A stretch of 64,000 bases of DNA from assembly GCA_965204725.1 (NCBI GenBank), contig OZ242005.1, positions 5,056,001 through 5,120,000 on the forward strand. The letters run 5' to 3'. The position numbers were made by a program, and so were the translations under genes. The DNA is from Candidatus Latescibacterota bacterium. GTDB taxonomy: Bacteria; Latescibacterota; UBA2968; UBA8231. Each line of letters starts with the position of its first letter. Positions within the stretch are counted from its first letter, which is position 1. Shown here one piece after another: positions 60,314 through 64,000 of the stretch. Below the pieces are notes generated by a model that did no database searches, had not been told where the DNA came from, and was given only the letters and a program-made list of their open reading frames with translations.

Positions 60314-61634
60314 CTAATAGATCGACCATGAGATCTCGCCGATCGTGAATGATCGATGGAGAATGAGTAGCTATAAGAAAATCAAGATCTGCTAACTCCG
60401 ATATTTTAGCAATATCCTCAAGAAATTTTCGCTGCCATGTGACATGAAGAGATAGTTCAGGTTCATCAATAAAAATCAGGGAACCCGGCTGTGCCTTGAA
60501 CAAAAGTTCGTACGTCAGGACAATTTCGTGCTGCTCACCAGAAGACAGTGCCCTTGGAGGCACAATAGACTCATCGTGAGCCGATTCAAAGATGAAACCC
60601 TTCTCTCTATCTACTTCAAATTTCTTATATGAGAAGCGTGAGTTGACAATATCTTTGAACAATTCCACTCGAAGGAGAAGCCAGTCGAAAACTTGTAGTT
60701 TCTTCTTAACATCGTCTAGATACGCCCATAAAACCTTTCGTTCACTATCTTCCAAATTTTCGGGATGGAGAGGAACAGGTGCCCCAGGAGCAATAAGACC
60801 AGACTGCATCAATCGATCTCTATATTTTGACTGACCATTATATTCTTCCCTTATGTGCTTTTCCGTCGCTTTCTTAGGAAGTTCCAGCTTCAAAAGTCGT
60901 CGAGGGAAAGAGCTATCTAAAGACGCTCCAAGTTCACCGGATTCTCGTTGGTACTTTTCTATTTGGGAGATCATATCCTCCGAGTATTGCTCTACCGTCA
61001 TCCGCTGTTGCACACGAACTCTTCTTCTATATCGAGGCACAGGTTCTTCGTCTTCTTCCTTATACCCTGTAAAGAGTCTCTGGGTTTCAAGAACCACAAT
61101 ATTAGTTTGTTCTAATAGATTTTCTATATTTTCTGGAATCGGGGTGATAGACTCACGAATATCAGAAGGTAGAAGATGTCCATAGGAGAGGATGACCTCG
61201 GCTAAAGACATTCTTCTGTCGGTTTTTTCATCGTACCATTCAGATAGACCAATTCGTTCTACATTGTCAATCATATCGTCTATCCTATTTTTTAGGTATC
61301 CGAGAGGATATTCCCTGAGTATTTTCTTATCTTCTAGCGATAGTGTATATTTGGTCCGTTTTTGCCCAAAATGGTAGATAAATTTCAACTCTTCTTTGGC
61401 TCGAATAACTGTCAGGCTACCTTTAGGCTTGAAGCGGATCACAATACGGTCAAAAGGAGTAACAAGCATTGAGAGAAACTGACGTTTGAAGAGATCGGAT
61501 ATAAGACGGAGAACCGTCGTCTTGCCGACTCCATTCGGTCCGTGGATTATCGTAATACGGTCATCTGTCTTCAGAGGTATCTTGTGATCAAAATACCCGA
61601 ACAGGGATCGAATTTCTATTTCCTTTATTTTCAT
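60303..61634 (-). CDS. AAA_21 ABC ATPase (PARIS AriA-like)
   Basis: HGPNGVGKTT, LSSGEQH, IDEPELSLHVTWQ, IATHSP; overlaps the DUF4435 gene. Confidence 0.88.
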   Translation of the reverse strand: MKIKEIEIRSLFGYFDHKIPLKTDDRITIIHGPNGVGKTTVLRLISDLFKRQFLSMLVTPFDRIVIRFKPKGSLTVIRAKEELKFIYHFGQKRTKYTLSLEDKKILREYPLGYLKNRIDDMIDNVERIGLSEWYDEKTDRRMSLAEVILSYGHLLPSDIRESITPIPENIENLLEQTNIVVLETQRLFTGYKEEDEEPVPRYRRRVRVQQRMTVEQYSEDMISQIEKYQRESGELGASLDSSFPRRLLKLELPKKATEKHIREEYNGQSKYRDRLMQSGLIAPGAPVPLHPENLEDSERKVLWAYLDDVKKKLQVFDWLLLRVELFKDIVNSRFSYKKFEVDREKGFIFESAHDESIVPPRALSSGEQHEIVLTYELLFKAQPGSLIFIDEPELSLHVTWQRKFLEDIAKISELADLDFLIATHSPSIIHDRRDLMVDLLGGG

Positions 61635-61702
61635 GTCTGCCTCCGCATAAGTATACTCTATTTCCCTTCTTTTTACAAATCCCTCCACTCCTCCTCTATC
61701 CC

Positions 61703-61980
61703 TCACACCTGAACATCTTCATCACCTCGGACCTCAATATGATTGATCGCCTTCACGGCGAATGCAGCCGACTTCGGCTTGGCGAATGGACGGGATGCGT
61801 CGCTTCTGAGGTCACCGGGCTTCGCGGCTAACTTCGGCTTTTAGCGTCGTCTTTAGCGACTTGTACGATCTCGCTGTCTCTTGAGCGACTGTCCACCCTC
61901 GTCAGATCCCAATGCTTGACCGAGCACTCGTATGACGAGTTGAGGACAGGTTGGTTAAAGACTAGATTCGTCAGAGTCAT
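61703..61980 (-). pseudogene. Collapsed type III restriction-modification relic (Res N-terminus + Mod C-terminus)
   Basis: MTLTNLVFNQPVLNSSYECSVKHWDL, followed in shifting frames by YKSLKTTLKAEVSREA...LRSDASRPFAKPKSAAFAVKAINH...EVMKMFR. Confidence 0.7.
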
Positions 61981-62124
61981 ACACCTCCTACGACGGCATA
62001 GCAAAGATACGTCGTCCAAGCTGGCTATCAAGGCACTTTTGCCTTGTAGCAGGAGAGCAGCCGCACTATTTTTAACTATACTGAACACCAATACTCCCTT
62101 CCATCCAACCGTAGCACACCGCTT

Positions 62125-63213
62125 ATGAAAAATCCCATCCGCATCGGCGTCGTCGGCTGCGGTGCCGTCGCCCAAGTCCAGCACCTGCCCAACCTCACCG
62201 CGCTCAAGGACCTGTTTTCCGTAGAGATGGTCTGCGACCTCTCGCCGCGCTTGGCGCAGACGGTGGCGCGGGAGTTTTACGTGCCGCACCACACCAGCGA
62301 CTGGCGGGCGCTGCTCGCCGCAGACCTCGACGCCGTGCTCTTGTGCCACACCGACCCTAAGACCGAGATCGCGGTCGCCGCTTTTGAGGCCGGCAAGCAT
62401 GTCTTTATCGAAAAGCCGGTCTGCTTCTCGCTGCCAGAAGCCGACCGGATCATGGTCGCTCGGCAGGCGGCGGGCACGGTGGGCTTGGCCGGTTATATGA
62501 AGGTGTACGATCCGGCCTTTGAGGCGGCCGCTCGCGCAACCGCCGACATGGCCGCGATCCGCTTTGTGCAGATCCACCACCTGCACACCAACAACGCGCA
62601 TCACCTCGCGCACTTCCGCCTGCACCGCGCTGACGACCTGCCCGTTGATGCCGTTGAGCAGACGCGCATGGCACGTGCGGCGGCCGTGCGCGAAGCCATC
62701 GGCGAGGTCTCCGCCGATGTGCAGGCTGCCTTTGGCCACCTCGCCGGCAGCATGATTCACGACCTCTACGGCCTGCGCGCCATCATGGGCGTACCCGAGC
62801 GGGTCGCCAGCACTGAAATCTGGTACGAAGGCTGGGGCGTCAGCACCGTGCTCGTTTATGCAAACGGTGCGCGATGTGCGGCCACTTGGGTTGAGCTGAA
62901 GGATGTGCGCGATTTCAAGGAGACTCTCGAAGTTTGCGGTGACGACTGCCGCGTCCTGCTTTCTTATCCGACCGGCTTTTCGCGGGGGATCCTCTCCACC
63001 TTGGAGATTCAGACCCTCGACGAGGCCGGGGAGGCCATCGTCCACCGCCCGGCCATCGCGTGGGAAGGCCCCTTCGTCCGCGAGTTAAAGCACTTCTACG
63101 CCTGCATCGCCGAGGGAGCGAAGCCGCGTACTCCCTTGGAAGAGGCCCGCTACGACATCGCCCTAATCATCGACATCGTCAAAGCCTATAGGGGAAGGGA
63201 TATACTGAGTTAG
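62125..63213 (+). CDS. Gfo/Idh/MocA oxidoreductase
   Basis: IGVVGCG, GKHVFIEKP, GYMKVYDP, IHDL. Confidence 0.93.
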   Translation: MKNPIRIGVVGCGAVAQVQHLPNLTALKDLFSVEMVCDLSPRLAQTVAREFYVPHHTSDWRALLAADLDAVLLCHTDPKTEIAVAAFEAGKHVFIEKPVCFSLPEADRIMVARQAAGTVGLAGYMKVYDPAFEAAARATADMAAIRFVQIHHLHTNNAHHLAHFRLHRADDLPVDAVEQTRMARAAAVREAIGEVSADVQAAFGHLAGSMIHDLYGLRAIMGVPERVASTEIWYEGWGVSTVLVYANGARCAATWVELKDVRDFKETLEVCGDDCRVLLSYPTGFSRGILSTLEIQTLDEAGEAIVHRPAIAWEGPFVRELKHFYACIAEGAKPRTPLEEARYDIALIIDIVKAYRGRDILS

Positions 63214-63257
63214 TTAGCAGATTTTCCGGGACACTCTTAACAAGGCGTTCATGCGAT

Positions 63258-63728
63258 ATGACTTCTGAAACACAGTCTATTGGCGCTCTGACCAAGAGCA
63301 GCCTGCTGCCCGCTTGGCAGCCCCAGATCGAGAGCGCGAGTACGCACGAGGCGATCACTGCCGTCTTCCGATCGTTTGGACTCGATGCGATCGCGGACCG
63401 GCTCAATTACCTCCGACAGCTTGTCGAGGACGACCCTGACGAGTCGCCCATGGCGATTGAATCGTTGAGAGCGATGGCCCTTTTTCTTATGAGCGAACGA
63501 CAATTAGCCGCTCCACAAATCGGCGTCACCCCGGACGGATTGGCGCAAATTGAGTGGCGGTTCCCAACCAACGGTATTCTGGCCATGGAGTTCCTGTCCT
63601 CTGGTCTGATCCGGTTCGCCGCCATCTCTGCGCCGGCCCGACCCGGAGTCGAACGGCTGAGCGTCAATGGGACGTTGCCTAAAGATGCGGCCTTGGAAGC
63701 GATCCGGCCGTTCACCGCACGTCTATAG
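63258..63728 (+). CDS. Hypothetical protein (possible antitoxin/immunity-like)
   Basis: 156 aa with a PQIGVTPDGLAQIEW...LAMEF strand-rich segment; 5 nt from the next ORF. Confidence 0.6.
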   Translation: MTSETQSIGALTKSSLLPAWQPQIESASTHEAITAVFRSFGLDAIADRLNYLRQLVEDDPDESPMAIESLRAMALFLMSERQLAAPQIGVTPDGLAQIEWRFPTNGILAMEFLSSGLIRFAAISAPARPGVERLSVNGTLPKDAALEAIRPFTARL

Positions 63729-63733
63729 CTTCG

Positions 63734-64000
63734 ATGATGGCCCAACCGCTTCCCGACGACGACCACATATCACGGTACTGCAAGCCATCGGCTATCAATG
63801 AGAGTGGCATGCCCATGGTGAACGCCTTCAGCCTACGACAGGGAGAAGAGCACCTCTCGGTCAACTGGCTTGAGTACTTCGATGAGACCGACTTGAACGC
63901 CGCCGTTGAGCGGGTTCGAGAGGTGTTTCGTAGCAAGGATTTCCAAGTACGACCGAATGGCCGATTTGCGGTGCTAAACGTCGGGGTTGTAAAGACAGCT
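63734..64000 (+). CDS. Hypothetical protein, 3' partial (possible ART/RES-like fold)
   Basis: Not in the ORF track because it has no stop in the window: MMAQPLPDDDHISRYCKP...AFSLRQGEEHLSVNWLEYF...FAVLNVG. Confidence 0.6.
   Translation, partial: MMAQPLPDDDHISRYCKPSAINESGMPMVNAFSLRQGEEHLSVNWLEYFDETDLNAAVERVREVFRSKDFQVRPNGRFAVLNVGVVKTA

Noticed and set aside
61828-63045. 405-aa minus-strand ORF
   Set aside because: Shadow of the Gfo/Idh/MocA gene; only its last codons belong to the RM relic.

Overview
High-GC bacterial chromosome segment. FlgD-Ig-tailed secreted proteins, PhyH dioxygenases, GH4, DUF1080 and a DUF4175/MoxR/DUF58 cluster suggest an uncultured FCB-group organism, possibly Latescibacterota-like (inference only). 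A core backbone (DUF4175-TPR-MoxR-DUF58, suf Fe-S operon, selB, tsaC-like, sugar/oxidoreductase genes) is interrupted by several integrase-free, mostly AT-richer accessory cassettes. (1) A 14.3 kb co-oriented island splits sufB from sufC. It carries a HEPN-DUF499 ATPase, a DUF433/DUF5615 TA pair, a DUF1156 DNA methylase, a GIY-YIG nuclease and an ABC ATPase. It also carries a six-gene AT-rich module: DUF6884/YaaA-like, unknown, PIN nuclease, unknown, P-loop ATPase, TGT-family transglycosylase. I cannot match this module to any named system, and it is the best candidate for an undescribed base-exchange (7-deazaguanine-type) modification/defence system. (2) A NurA-HerA-DNA methyltransferase-Mrr operon follows the suf operon. 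(3) FRG-TPR, a truncated endonuclease and a DUF1998 helicase. (4) A PARIS-like AriA/AriB pair next to a collapsed type III RM relic. There are also two MITEs carrying REP hairpins, a shared palindromic operator upstream of two DUF4143 ATPase paralogues, and several genes collapsed by internal deletion. I found no rRNA, tRNA, CRISPR array, integrase or transposase. Family assignments come from motif recognition by eye, not from database searches.
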